64,000 bases of DNA from Chrysomallon squamiferum (GCA_012295275.1 CM022669.1:9672001-9736000), one strand, 5' to 3'. Positions 1-15,902 are shown, counted from the stretch's first letter. Notes: generated by a model not told the origin, from the letters alone. Numbers and translations are program-made.

Positions 1-51
<51 letters not shown>

Positions 52-136
52 CTCTCTCTAAAACACACACTGTCTCTAACTCTCTGTCTCCTTCTTTCTC
101 TCTCTTTCTGTGTCTCTCTCAGTCACTCACTCTCAC

Positions 137-232
<96 letters not shown>
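1..232. repeat. (CT)n/(GA)n microsatellite, representative of many SSRs in the window (e.g. 4456-4538, 5493-5612, 6487-6572, 17094-17210, 25875-25992, 37610-37708, 38541-38662, 39447-39677)
   Basis: Read directly. Confidence 0.95.
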
Positions 233-235
<3 letters not shown>

Positions 236-681
236 CGTCTTTCTTTATATCTGTCTCTCTGGCTCTCTCGGTCACAGAAATAAAAGAAACCTAGGTTAAA
301 CGTATGAAATAACAAACTATTTAATGAATAAACAAACAAACAAAACCAAAGAAGCAAATAAACAAATAAATTAATAAATAATCAGAATTACATATTTACA
401 TCAGATTAACAAATCAAAAATCAGGAAACAAACAGTCATTCATTATCAATACTTAACTCGACAAATAATACACTCAGTTTATTTTGAATATACTGGTAAC
501 ATAACGAAAAGCAAAAAATAAGATACATAGGTACGTGCATAAGAATATTGAAGATTAAAACGACTATATATCTTTTGCTTATGCATTCCACTCTTTCGTT
601 CATGTAATATGTACTCATTATTTTCCATAAATACATATAAAACATGTACATTAAGTTCAAAAATTAAATCGTAAAATATTA

Positions 682-716
<35 letters not shown>

Positions 717-1522
717 TTTAAATTATTTTTTTCAGACACTTAAAGGAAAGGAAAACATTTAACAATGTAATTGATATTTATTAACACAAATGTAAATCAA
801 AAGAAGAAGTAAAAATCTCACTGATAAAAAAAAAATAAAAAAAAAAATATATAAAAATAAATGAATAAACAACGTTTTCGAAGCCGCTTTTAGTATCATC
901 AAACATTTCTTTTCTTTTCACTTTTTAGAAAATTATTTATCATGTCTGCTGTAAAGAACTGAAAGTACTTCATTTTCACCAAAAAAACATTTAATATTAA
1001 TATTATTTAAAAAAAAATAAAAAAACATTATAAATTGTATTTTACAGAACCTTTGTAGCTAAATTATGACTTTGTGTATTTATATGCAAAACAGAAGCAA
1101 AGACATTTGCATACAGGATTAATTTAAACAACAACAGTAAAAACAACACCATCAAAATAAGAATTAATGAATAAATAAACAAACAAACAAGTAAACAAAC
1201 AAACAAACAAATAAATAATAAGTATAATAAATAAATAAAAATAAAAATAAACCAACCTCAGAGTGATGCTTTTTGCTTTTTATTTTAGTATTCTGAATGT
1301 TGTTGTTGCTATTGCTGATACTTTTCAGTTATTGCTTCTTCTTCTACGCTATTACTATACAACAGCAACAACAACAACAACAATAATAATAATAATTATT
1401 ATTATTTTTATTATTATAATGGCCCGTGAAGTCTGGGTAGGAGAGAAATAACAATAAAAACGAGAAAAGGTGAAGCAGCAATAGTTTTTCTCATACGTGT
1501 TGTAATTTCCAGAAGCAGTATA

Positions 1523-2132
1523 AAACAGTAAGGCAAGCAATAATTTGTAGTAGTACTGCTAAACAGTAAGGCAAGCAATAATTTGTAGTAGTACTGTTAA
1601 ACAGTAAGGCAAGCAATAATTTGTAGTAGTACTGTCAAACAGTAAGGCAAGCAATAATTTGTAGTAGTACTGTTAAACAGTAAGGCAAGCAATAATTTGT
1701 AGTAGTACTGTCAAACAGTAAGGCAAGCAATAATTTGTAGTAGTACTGTTAAACAGTAAGGCAAGCAATAATTTAAAGTAGTATTGTTAGTTTATAAGAC
1801 AAGCAATAATTTGTAAAAGTGCTGATAAATTGTGAGACAAGTAATATTTTGTAGTAGTACTGTTAGATTGTGAGACAAGCAATAATCTATAGTAGTTCTG
1901 TTAAATTGTGAGACAAGCAATAATTTGTAATAGTACTGTAAAATTGTAAGACAAGCAATAATTTGTTTATTGTACTGTTAAATTATAACGCAAGCAGTAA
2001 TTTGAAATTGTACTGTTAGATTGTAAGGCAAGCACTATTTGGTAGTAGTGCTGTTTGTTTGTAACGCAGGCAGTAATTTGTAATTTGTACCGTTATACTG
2101 TTAAGGAAGCACTTATATACAGTTGTACCGTT
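1523..2132. repeat. 38-bp minisatellite, ~16 copies (AAACAGTAAGGCAAGCAATAATTTGTAGTAGTACTGTT)
   Basis: Units start at 1523, 1561, 1599, 1637, 1675, 1713 and 1751 and are near-identical. Progressively diverged copies continue to ~2130. No spacers. Confidence 0.95.
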
Positions 2133-2368
2133 AATATTACCTTTACTATTACTACTACTACTACTACTACTGCTGCTACTGCTACTGCTTCTGCTACTAC
2201 TACTACTGCTACTGCTGCTGCTACTGCTACTATACTACTGTTGCCACTATTGCTACCAATACCATCACCATTACCCCCACTTCTACTTGTGCTACATCTA
2301 CTACTAGTTCCTACTACTGCTTCCACTACTACTACTACTACTGCTACTACTACTACTACTACTACTAC

Positions 2369-2416
<48 letters not shown>

Positions 2417-4453
2417 CCATTTCTTACTTCCAAAAAAAATTAAAATAAAAACAACAAAAACAAAAACCCAGAAAAAACTTACTTCAGTGAGTAAACGAAG
2501 TGAATTATTTATTATGTTTGTGAAATACATACATTTTCTTCTTTTTGTTAGATAACATAGTTTTTCTCAGGTATCAAGTATCTTGTTATTTATGTTTATG
2601 CACGCATGCAATACCATTCTCCTTTTTTCTTCTAAGTTAAATAAAAGCAGACTGAAAATAATACAGCATTTTATTAGAATAAACAGTACACTCAGTGTAA
2701 AAAATAGGTGCTTCATTGAAAATAAAATTAAATGCAGAATGCCAGAAAAGATAATGCGTGCAAACTTTTCAACATGAAAGTTTTTATTGTTGTTGTTATT
2801 GATTAGTCAAGCGTTATATGCTTGACTGTCGATTTATTATTAGTGAATTCTATAAAGCTTGCCATTGTCGAGATAAAATTGTATAATTATATATTTAAAA
2901 GTAATAACATAGAATAAAATAGGAAAATAATGAAACTTAACAAACGAACAAACAAATGAATGAATGAATAAATGAAATAACAATAATAAAATATTAAAGT
3001 ATGATGCTTATTGTCAGAATGAATCAACAAATTTTGTTATAAAAGTAAAATTTGTTTTGATAATTTTGGGATTATATATCATTATATAAAAAAAAAATAA
3101 TAATAATAAATAAATTAAAATTAAAATTAAAATTAAAATTAAAATAAATAAATAAATAAACCCTAAAACACGCCTCTCTTTACTCTGGTACAATGCTTAG
3201 AGCACAGACTGCGTGAAACACAAGACGATCAGTTCTTCCGAATTGTGGATATTTCGTTATTTCCCGTTCCAGCCAGGTTCCTGCAGCAAAGAACGTTCTA
3301 TGTTCGTTCCAGTTTTGATAAAGAAAATTTCGCTCATACAGGACAATTTAGAAAGAGAAGTGAAATGACGGCAAAGAATCCTCAACAAAAGATTTTCTTC
3401 GTTATTATCTGGCGATTTGACAATCGTTTAAACTATTTCAGTGATATATGTATTTTGTTATAATCAAAGCATTATGGTGATACTCAGAGGGTACCCCGTG
3501 CTATATCTGTTCTGCCTTTACAAAAAAATCAACTAAAATTGAATGTAGCTGAATTTAATTTAGACAAATCCTGTTGTATATAATTATCATATGGTGCAAT
3601 ATTAAAATATTTTAAGGAAAAAAATGTCTTGTTTACTTCAGAACAGATGTATGAAAACAAATGCATCTGTCCTTCAGAAAATGACAAAATCAATAAATAT
3701 AATCACAGAAACAAACGTCAATAATCTCAAATATAATAAAACTTAAACATTATACACAAAATATACCCACTGATATATGCATGAATATATAAATATGTTA
3801 AAAATACATAAATGTATATATTTATACCCATACATAGGTATATACATACATACGCACAAAGATACATACAGACATACATACATACATACATACATACATA
3901 CATACATACATACATACATACATACATACATACATGCATGCATACATACATACATACATACATACACACACACACGTACAGACAGACACACTATTAAATC
4001 GCAGTTACCTTTTCCATTTGATTTCCTGCTCAGATTCATCTGTGATTTTCATCCGATGAAAATTTGACTTTTTCCCATTTACCATGCGAGACATCGTTAT
4101 CAAACACACGCAGAAAATATATATTTCCTTTTTATATTTCAAATTCAATACAATATGTTACGTGTGGCACGTTTTGTAAGCAGAGAGAGAAAGAGCCCGC
4201 GAAAATCCCGTTGACAACTTTAGAATTTGTGGCTTTTGTTAGCCAAGACTTGAGTTATAACTGTCGTGCTCGTTTATAGTGTTTTAAGTAAAACTACAAA
4301 AGTGTTTACAAAAGGTGAGCAAAAAAGTTAAAGCTGTAAAAAAATACGGTGTGAAAATAAGGCGGATCTACACATGATTCAGAAAGGTGTGAAAAAAGAT
4401 AATACATAAGCAAGCATGCACTTCGATCAAAATTTTTAATACTTTCTGCACTC

Positions 4454-4541
<88 letters not shown>

Positions 4542-4712
4542 ATGTTTACCTTTTCTTGTCTTTTGCCAAGTCCGTTTCTTCAATGATATTCATTTGACGA
4601 AAAAGTTTGCTTTTTTTTATAGTTACCCCCCAGCCATCATTAACTTTGCAGATGTAGAGAACAAACACAAAAGTTCAGTCGGAAAATTTTCTTAGAAGAA
4701 AATATTCACAAC

Positions 4713-4748
<36 letters not shown>

Positions 4749-5046
4749 ACAATTATTTTACATTTCATAAACAGCAAAACCCACTAAGCAATTCTGTTAT
4801 TGATTAACCAAGAAAAGCGGAATGACGTTTGACTTTCAGGCAGTGAAATTCAACTGTTATTTAATTCTGGAGTCCGTCTGACTAAGGTCGTAGAAATCAT
4901 TTGAAATATTTTATTTAATTTCTTGGTAAGATTTTAATTTTAAATATCTCCTTTCAAAACAAAAAAAAAAAATTAAAGGAAAGAATAGAAAAAATCCCAC
5001 CTAATTCATCATGTTCTTCCGATTTATAATGATCACTTTGCTGATT

Positions 5047-5081
<35 letters not shown>

Positions 5082-5491
5082 GAAATCACTCTATTCAGGT
5101 TACAAAACACATTTTTCAATTTTCAGAAGAAATATATAAAACACTGTACTAGTGCAGCTCGATTATAAAAACGTGACATAGATAACAACGATCTTTTTTA
5201 ACACGGATTTCCATGTCGTTCCCCAAAACTTTAATCTCTGGCTTAAATACACAGATCCTGAATTCTTTTCGCGATTTTTTATTATTTGGGTGATGGATGC
5301 ATGCGACCGATTTGACGTTGCATGGAGAGATTGCAATGAGGGACGACTGACATATTAAAAAGCCATTAATTATCTACAGAAATTTTAAAAAAATTGTATC
5401 ACGTGTTAATATGTTGCTAGCTTATGCAAGATAATAAATTGCTGTAATGATAATCAATAACAATATTGAAATGATTTGATTTGCTTTCATT

Positions 5492-5584
<93 letters not shown>

Positions 5585-6485
5585 ATCTATCTCTCTCTCT
5601 CTCTCTCTCTCTGTCTGTACGTATGTGTGTTTCTGTAAATAATCAGATCCATAAAAAAATTAAGAATGGTGAGATATAGATCGACAGAGAGACTGATACG
5701 CTGAGAGAGACAGGCAGACAAAGATATACTGAGAGATAGACAGATTAACATACATACATACATACAGGCATACATACATGCATAAAGATGCATACATACA
5801 TACATACAAACAGACAGACAGACATAACATACATACATACATACAGACAGGCATACAGCCAGCCATACATATATAAATAGATAGATAGATAGATGGATAG
5901 ACAGACAGATAGATACAAACATACAGACAACCAGACAAACATACAGACAGGCATAGACAGATAGATATATATAAATAGACAAATGGATAGATGGAGATAT
6001 GATCAAAATCTGATTACTATTATGACAATCTGATTACTAATCTGTCAGATAAATATGAATGGACGGGTCATTTCCTCAAAACTGATCCTGATATGAAAAA
6101 ACTGTCACTAAATATGGGGACATTACTCTCCTAATATATAAGATGTCACATATTTCCTTGACATATAAGATGTCTATTTCATTGACACATTTTTTCTGCT
6201 ACATAGTAAAAATTACAAGGGGACATTATCAGTCATTTTTATAACGATTGAACGAGTAATGTCCCCTTGACATCAAAACTAAATATTATGAAAGACATAT
6301 GAAAGACAAAAAAATTATGAATGTCAGAAAACCATAAACGATAAAAACAATATGGACTTGATAAATATCAAATCTTTATTGCAGCGAAATTGCAGTGAAA
6401 TATTTAATCGGTTGAAAGCTGATGAACAAATAAATAAACCTTCGGTACAAATATTTCAGTCACATAAAGAGACGTATGGATAGAT

Positions 6486-6566
<81 letters not shown>

Positions 6567-6762
6567 GAGAGAGGAGTAAAAAGAAGAAGACATTTACTGT
6601 ATTTGATAATTATTCTGTTCATAATTTTAATTTCTATTTCGTTCTGATCGTTACACAATTTAATTTAGATGTAGTTCATTGTGATGCACCGATTTACTAG
6701 TATAACATTGTCTTTTTCTTTGTGTTTTTATTTTGTTGTTGTTGTTTTTGTGGGGGGTTGTT

Positions 6763-6796
<34 letters not shown>

Positions 6797-7989
6797 GTAG
6801 TATTATGTTTTTAAATCTTCAGTGTACAGGCTATGTCTGTCATAAAAACAGTTTAATCACAATGTCATTAATGCTGCTTCAGCGATCATATTATTATTTT
6901 TCTTTTCAATGTTCAATAAAATATTTATGCACTGACTTAAACGCGTTTTTATAATTTCTGTGATGGGATCGATATCTTAAGTTCAGACACTGATCTTTTG
7001 TCGATGCTGCACGCATGGAATATTTAAGTATTCAAACGATTATCAAAGGAAGTACGATTTCAGTATTTTTAGTTTCCGAAATAACATCAACGAAGATTCA
7101 CGAATTCTCACGATCACGAAAAATTAGTGCTATTGACTCTTTATTTTTCTTTCTTTTAAAACATTTTTTTTTTTGGGTGGGGGGATTAATTAGTTTTCTC
7201 TTCACCAAACTGCGAATAAAATTATTAATTACAGAATAAATAAAACCGCCTGTTTAATTTGTATACGTGTATGTATGGGTTTTGGTTTACAAATGCAGGT
7301 TGCTGTTCGTTGCAGTAGGCACGCTGCCAGTGCAGTAAATAACTGCATTACACGCATGAAAAGTAACGTTTAATGTTTGCCAAATGCACAGTTCTTCCCT
7401 GACGTTATTTAAACCTGCACACGACCGGCTTTGGTCCTTTGACAGGTGAGTTTGAATAGCATGCAGTTTTAACAAGTGTATTCGTGTAATTTCCATTATT
7501 TCTGACGTCTTTTCTTCGTCTTCTTCTTTTTTTATTTTTTTTTTTACTTTTTAGCGTGCGTTTTATTGCAGGTTGACTAGGTTCAGAATGGACTGCGGAT
7601 CGTTTGTTGTGGCTTTGTAATTACATTTTTCATTTTAATTTTTTTTTTTTTTTTTTTTCTCCCTGTCAACTAATTTGTGGTTAGGAACCTAATTCTAATA
7701 GTCACTTGACACTAATGGTTTTTGTTACAACGGAACGGTTATGCTTTTGACGCGAAACTAACGATTTTTCAGTGCTATTTAGTGCAAAAAAAAAATTTAA
7801 AAAAAAAAAAATGATTCGGTGTCAGACAAATATTTGAAAGAAATTCACTTGTTACAACATAATTATGATATGAAAGAAAAAAAAAAAAAAAAACGATAAG
7901 GGCTACTTTTCCGATTTGCAGCAAGAAATCTTTTACATACATTATTCCACTAAAATAATAAACAAGATCACTGGCTGGGCTCATTACCA

Positions 7990-8705
7990 CTCTTTCTGTT
8001 TCTCTTTGTTTCTGTCTCTCTCTTTTTATTTTTATTTCTATCTCTCTCTGCCTCTCTTTTTCTCTTTGTTTCTATCTCTTTATCCTCTTTCTTTCTCTCT
8101 TTCATTCTATATATCTCTGTTTCTCTTCATTCTGTTTCACATTTTCTTTCTATCTCTCTCTTTCTTTATCTCTGTTTCTTTATTTCTACAACTGTCTCTC
8201 TTTCTGTCTGTCTGTGTCTCTCTTTTTCCGCTTTTTCTTTGTTTTCTTATTTTCTCTATGTCTCTCTTTCTTTGTCTTTTTCTATCTCCTATTTCTTTCT
8301 TTCTCTTTTTGTTCTCTGTGTCTTTTTTTTTCTATCTTTCTCTATTTCTTTTTTGTCATTCTTTTTTTTTATAGCTGTCTCTCTTTCTCTCTTCCGTTCT
8401 AACTCAGTCTCTCTTTCTTTCTATCTCTCTGTGGAAAAATTTGATTCTCTTTCTTTTTGTCTCTCTTTCTCACTCTGTCCTCTTTCTGTCTCTCTCTGTC
8501 CTGCTTTCTCTCAGTGTCTCTTTTTATTTCTCTCTATCTTTCTTTCTATCTCTCTTTCTTTCTCTTTCTCTTTTTCTCGCTATATCTCTCATTCTGTTTA
8601 TCTATCTAACTATCTATCTGTATCTATCTGTCTATCTATATACTCGTCTGTCTAACTGTTATCTACGAATGATATTTGTCTCTTTCTCTCTCTCTCTCTC
8701 TCTCT
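7990..8705. repeat. Long degenerate CT-rich (polypyrimidine/polypurine) tract
   Basis: ~700 bp strongly C/T-biased on the + strand. The ORFs here are S/L/F low-complexity artefacts. Confidence 0.85.
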
Positions 8706-9679
8706 CAAATACACACACACAAAACAAAAAAAACACGCGTATTATATTTTCTTTCTCTCAATCAATTTATCTACTTTCTTTACTCTCTGTATCGTTAAAG
8801 TACCCATTCAGAACAATTTGATCAAATACTTTAAAGCTTGAATTTTTGTATCACTTAACATCTGACATATTTATCAGAAACAAATAACAAAAACACACAA
8901 CATTCTAGATTAAATTCCTTGCTTTTGTTTGCTGGTATTATTGTAATGCAGTCCCTATTTAGGCCAAGGCCAGACTTTAATTTCACTACTAGCATACAGT
9001 ATACACTTTTAATTGCACGCATAAAAACACGTCTCACACACACATACACACAAATCACCCAAACTGCCTTACGCATACATACACAGAGATAGACACACAC
9101 ACACGCACACACACACACACACACACACATGAACAATCTAACACATACACAATTTGTATTCAGAATCGTTACTATTACTTTTTTCTTTTTTTGTTCGCTT
9201 TTTCTTTTTTCGATCATTATTTTATTAACTTCATTTTATTATATATATGTGTATTTTTTCCTTACAGTAATTCAGATACTGGAAAATAAGTATAGTTAAT
9301 TCCTATAACTTACGAGTTTAGTCGGTGAATACCCGGGTAGTTTTAGCCGAGGACCCTAGAGGGCGATGCCTGGGTGGGTCTTATCACCAACAACTGAATT
9401 TCCCTTCACAGAAAGTAAGTATAGACAGCTCTGGTTTACACGTTCCTCTTTCACATAACAGTAAAAAAAGATTTCTTGCAATTTCCTTTTATGAACAGTG
9501 ATAATCATAAGTAAATGTAAAACAATAAATACAGGCACTAATTGGCAACAATTCATTAATGTGAATATTTTAAATGAAGTAAATGACAATTTAAAAAGTT
9601 ACAAATAAAAATATACATACAAACATGCATACATTACATACATACAACATATATACATATAAATATATATCTATCATAC

Positions 9680-9710
<31 letters not shown>

Positions 9711-10310
9711 TATATATATATACATATATACATACATAAATGCATACATGCGTACATATATATATATATACACACACACACACATAAATACATACATAAA
9801 TCAATAAGGATCTAATATATGTTATTTCAACAAAAATATATATATATAAATACCACAATATTTTGACTATAAAAACTTATCTATAAAAAAAATTAATAAT
9901 AATAATAAATATAAAAAAAAAAAATAATAATAAAAAATATAAAATAAATAAATAAATAAATAAATAAAATAAAAATAAAATAAAAGATTTGTCCCACACA
10001 CTGACCTTTTGCTTGCTAATTAATATTCATGAGCCGCCTGTGACGTGGCATGTCGTTACTGATTTATGCAGCTAATGAAAAACTGATTTGAACATAAAAT
10101 AAATTAAAAAATTAAATTAAACAAATTTACTCTCTGTGTGTTAGAGCTGTAAAGTTGAGTTATGTCTGAAAGCAGACGGTCGGACGCCTGCAGTCGACGT
10201 ATGAAATTACTCTGAGTTTCAATGTGAAATGAACCCAGATTCATATTTAATCCTTCGTTTTGAACAGGTCCTTACGTGACAGAACTTACTGATTACAACA
10301 ACAACACCAA

Positions 10311-10341
<31 letters not shown>

Positions 10342-10358
10342 AAACTAAAAAATAAAAA

Positions 10359-10392
<34 letters not shown>

Positions 10393-12164
10393 AATAAATA
10401 AAAAATAAATAAATAAATAAATTAAATAAATAAATAAATAAAAAAAAAAAGAAATAAATAATTAAATAAATAAATAAGTTAAAAATAAATTTAAATAAAA
10501 AAAAATAAAAAATAGTTTAATTTTTTTTTTTTTTTTTTTAAATAAATTAAGAAAAATAACAAGAAAAAAATAAATAATAAGAAAACAGAAAAGCACGATT
10601 AAACAAAAGGCAATAAATATCTCTAAAAAAAACATTTTTTGTTTTTTGGTTTTACATGAATACTTAGATAACTACGTACACACAAACACCACCACACACA
10701 TAGATACACAAACACAAACACACACAGACACGTGCAAACATAGTTCTTTTACAGCACATCTTTTAAACTATCTTCTCAGTGGACACATTAATCAGGCATT
10801 TCATGCAAGCTTTGTCATCTGTTTTATTGTTGTTATATTTCTAGGCTCTTTCTGGGTGATTTTTTCTTTTTTTTTTATTATTATTATTTTTTTTTTTTTT
10901 TTGTTCTCTTCACGTACCAGAAATAACACAATCAGAACATTATAAAAATAAATTGACTTGTCTTATTTTTATTACATCTTATCAGTCATGGGAAACGCGA
11001 CATACACTAGCACACTGGAATCTAGTTAATTATTTGTAACCGCTTGTTTATTATTACCCCTATATCGATCTGCTCATGCGTGTTACGAACGAATTAATCC
11101 AGCTCTGGGTTGCGTTTTTTTTATTTGGCGACTCACAAACAATTAACTACCCGCAGTTTAGGGCCACATCAGACTCAAATAGTAGTGTATCCTTCGTTTG
11201 TCACAAGATCCCATAATGCTCGGTGTGTACGGAATGCAATTACAATTTTCACATTATGTTATTTCGTGACAAGAGTGCTTTTAACACGAATACCGCGAAA
11301 CATAGCAATGTCGTCTGCCAGACAAGGAAAAACAGAAATGTCAGTTTCCCAGTATATCCGAAAGAAAGAAATTAAACAAAAGAACTAGAAAAAATATATA
11401 AAAATAACGAAATAGACACAGATAAATAAATAAATAAATAAATTTTTCGAAATGTTATTAAGCTCGTTAAACTCTGTGATACGTGAATTTTTAGCAGAAA
11501 TAAAAAAAAAAAATCAGTTAATTAAAAATATTATCAAATTAAATAAATTAAAAAAATTAAATTAAACAAAAATTATTATTATTATTATTTTTATATAATT
11601 AAATATTTATTCATTCTTAATCTTTATCCCGTGATATTTTAGTTTCTCTAATATTCCACATTACTGTAATTTCTTCAGCGCTGATTTGCATTTTCTTTTT
11701 CGTTTTATTTATTTTATTCTTTTTTATTTATTTTCCCGTTACAGTTTTTCGCGTCACAAACTAATAAGCTGTAAAATGAATGAAAAGTTCGTCTGCTTTG
11801 TTCCGCAAGCTGACGTGTCGAGACTCGGCGATTTGGTTATCGAGGTTTACGTTTTTGTGTTGTAATATGTCGTAGTTACCTCAGCAGTACAGTCAAGGAA
11901 TTGTTTCGTTCAGAGGGCAGGACAAAATATAGAAACTGTTTCTTGGATACTTTATTGGAAATGTGATATGTAATTTTACTTACGCTCAAATCCCGACAGA
12001 AGAAAAAAAAAGGTAAGAACAAAAGGACGATAACATTTTATTTCTATTTCTATTTGTATTTATGTTTTGTTTTTGTTTTGTTTTATTTGTTTGTTTATGT
12101 ATTTATTGTAGATTTGTTTGTTTTTCATTTGACTGTTGGTTTTATTTAGTATTTTGATATTGTT

Positions 12165-12238
<74 letters not shown>

Positions 12239-12766
12239 GTTTATCTATCCATCTCTCTTTCTGTATGTATATAGGTATTATGTGTGTGTGCATGTAAATG
12301 TATATCTGTGTATGTGTATGAGTGTATGTGTGTGTATGTATGTAAAATACCTGTAGCATTACCTATTGTAATGAATACACACATGTATTTATATTTATAG
12401 ACGTGGCAAGAGAACCGTAACTTTGTGATTGTTATGTGAAGGAACACAATGGTTATTACTTAACACGTCATTTGCTGTATATAAATATACTAATCTGAAC
12501 TTGTTACTCTGAATGTCGTTTTCTCTTTATCACCTAATTATCCGTTCTTTATCTTCTTCCTAACATTGATCGATCGCGTCGCACCTTGTTTGTCCAGTTA
12601 TCCGTCCATGTGTCCATCCAATTTTCTGTTTGTCTTTCTATATATCTATCTGTCCGTCTGTCACTCTGTCTGTCTGTCTATCTTTCAGACCATCCATCCG
12701 TCTATTTATCTCTCAGTCCATAAGACCATATCTATCTATCTACCTACCTACCTACCTACCTACCTA

Positions 12767-12821
<55 letters not shown>

Positions 12822-13354
12822 GTCTTTTTTTCTGTCAGTGTATCTGTCTATCTCTCTATTTGTCAGATTGTTGTTTAGTAACAGCCTTCTTCCGAGAGAA
12901 ATGTCTTGACTTATTAAAATTTTAAAAAAGAAGAAGAAGAAATCATTTAATGCCCTTTTAATGTTGACAGCAAAAACACACAGGTAACTAAAGCGTAAGA
13001 AGATATCGATTATCGAATACTTACATTGATTAAATATTAAAACAGATGTCACTCACACAGTGAGGCCGCGCTCACGACGTTCAAAGCGTGGCAACGTGAA
13101 GTCATCAACAAAATATTGACTTAAAACTCTTGTCAACAAATTATTAGAATAAAGTCAGGTAGAGCATACTTTATGATTGTGTACGGCTGTACAGTCTAAA
13201 GGTAAGATTTAAAAATGTTCTACATAGCTAAAAAGGAGCAAGCTGGATAGATAATTTATTTCAGAATTATGATGAAGAGAAAATTATGCTTTACTGATCT
13301 GAAACAAACAAACAAACAAAATTACAAACGTATATTAATAATAATAATAATAAT

Positions 13355-13391
<37 letters not shown>

Positions 13392-13965
13392 TGTTATATT
13401 TCTGTGATTTTATATTTTGTATATAGTATATTTTTAATATAGACATATCATTTCAGTCATCTTAAACAAAATCTCCCAATCATTTAACAGAATATAACAA
13501 AGGCTTAAATTTTTACTACTTTCTATACTAATGAACATTATTATCATATTTATTGTTAATTCTAAAATTTTCTGTGTGAAATATAGTACAAGTATTTATC
13601 TTTCAAATCTGATATAAATTATATTTGCTTCCAGTGATTATTAGCAAAAAGATATTTCGTAATTCGGAACTTTTCGAGTTTCGATAAAAATGTATTATTT
13701 ATTGACATCTAAATAGAAAAAGCATCTATTTCTCTGTCTGTCTGTCTATTTACCTGTTTGTCTGTCTGTCTGTCTATCTATCTCTATCTGTCTGTCTGTC
13801 TGTTTGTATGAATGTTCTAAAATATTTAATCGAACTGATATTTTGACAAATTCCAATACATATTTATTCTAGATAAAATGATAATTCACGTTTTAACTAA
13901 ACGTGTGTTGATCGACAATGTTTGTTAAATATCCTAGTCGCTGATTTCAACATGTGTGTGTGTGA

Positions 13966-14039
<74 letters not shown>

Positions 14040-15859
14040 TTATGTAATTTGGATGGGAGATAAATAAATCTTCCCAGGTGTAAGTAAGCAATAACATATG
14101 AAGATTTATTCGTCTACCATCTAAACTATTTGTTTTGGACAATCGGACAATCGGACAATCGGTCAAGAATTACTAATCTCTCCATCTTTATTGGTTATCA
14201 AGCCAGGAACCATATACTTTCCTGATCACATGCTTATTAAGAGCCCTTGCTGTTAACTGATAAAAATGTCATTCTGACTTTCAGCCCAGTCTGTGATGCA
14301 TGGCTGACTTTTCATTGGTTGTTGTTTACCCTTTCCCACCTGGGAGAAGGTGTATACACAAAAAAATCTTCCTGCTAAACGAAAAACAGTAACCCTTCGC
14401 ATGGCTGTAGCAGTATTCATCTCTAATTATTTGTGTGTTCGCTGGTCGACTGTTGGATTCTTACATTAAAAATACATTACAAATATGTTGAATGTGTCAT
14501 TAAATAAGAATATTTTTTTATACTCGGATATAATAGCTGTATTGTCATCTAAAACACTGAAACGTATTGATGTATTGTTAAACAAATTTAATGTCCTTTG
14601 TTTTCTTTTTCTTCTTCATCTGCATCTGACTTGTTTCATTCTGTTCCCTGGGGACTGTCAGTGTTTTGTCAGTTCTCTGATGACTTTAATTATTAACAGT
14701 CTATTAGTCGCCTTCGTTACGCTCTGAGTCCTGTTACAAGCTCGTCGTACAAGTGTCTTTTATGTCGCAGTTGCTAGTGGAAACCAGGTGAAACAAATAC
14801 TTTGATGTCAACGGTCGTGTCAGTGTAGTAAACGTTTGTTTATTTATGTGCGTGTTAGATAGACATACAGATAGAAAGATACATAAACTGTAAGACAGAC
14901 ATACGGATAAATAGATGTATAGACAGATACACAGACAGATAGAAAGACAGACAGATAAATACAAAGAGCGGAGGAGAGACTGATAGCCAGAAAAAAAGGA
15001 CAGATAGATAAATAAACTGAAAGATAAACAAATGAATAAATTGATAGACAGATACACTGATAGATAGTTCTGTGTAGTGCGTGATGGAAGGACAGACTGA
15101 TCCGTAGTTCAATCTGTGAGTGAGTGTCTGTGTTTTTGAGTGAAGATAGATAAATAGAAGGAAAGACAGCCAGACAGAATGACAGATTGACAGATTAACA
15201 TTCTGGTTTTTCTTTAAGATTATTTTCTCTTACACTTTCTTCAACACGTCAGGCGTTATTTCGCTATTGATTTATGTACGTGTATCAGATTAATATTATT
15301 TTCTTCTGTGCATTAATCATACATTTCAATTATATCTGATTGTAAGCTGTTCTACATGGATTAACTCTTATAAAAATTTATTAACTGGTAGATTATTATC
15401 TTAGACGTGTCACTCATAATAGCATTCACTCTCTGCCCTTAGTACCCGTGATGTTTTTTAACCATTCATCACCAATAAACATTTTAATATCGTCGTCTGT
15501 TTTCGCACAGCCAAAACGGCATCAATTCTTTAAGTTGTGCTTGACAAGGTAATCTCAAGAAGTTTAGGTTTGAATATTTCAATAAAGAACTGGGTTATTT
15601 TTCAGGTGTAGGTGTATCAGTTAAAAAATAATTACATTTACAAGCTTTTCGTTTCGTGTAAGTCTTCAATAGCCGCATTCATCCGCCGCGTAATAAACAC
15701 TCCGCAAAACACTCTTGGTAACGTTGCTACGGTATTTTTTTTGGTGTGCATTTGTTTGTGTGGTTAACGTGCGTTTTCACCGACTGAAACCAGGTGGAAG
15801 GATTAGTTAAAGTGGTGTTTGAGATCTCTTGTTAATGAAACAAATAACAATAACAATAA

Positions 15860-15902
<43 letters not shown>

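Noticed and set aside
1523-2132. CRISPR-like array (38-bp polarised repeats)
   Set aside because: Repeats are head-to-tail with no unique spacers, there are no cas genes and the context is eukaryotic.
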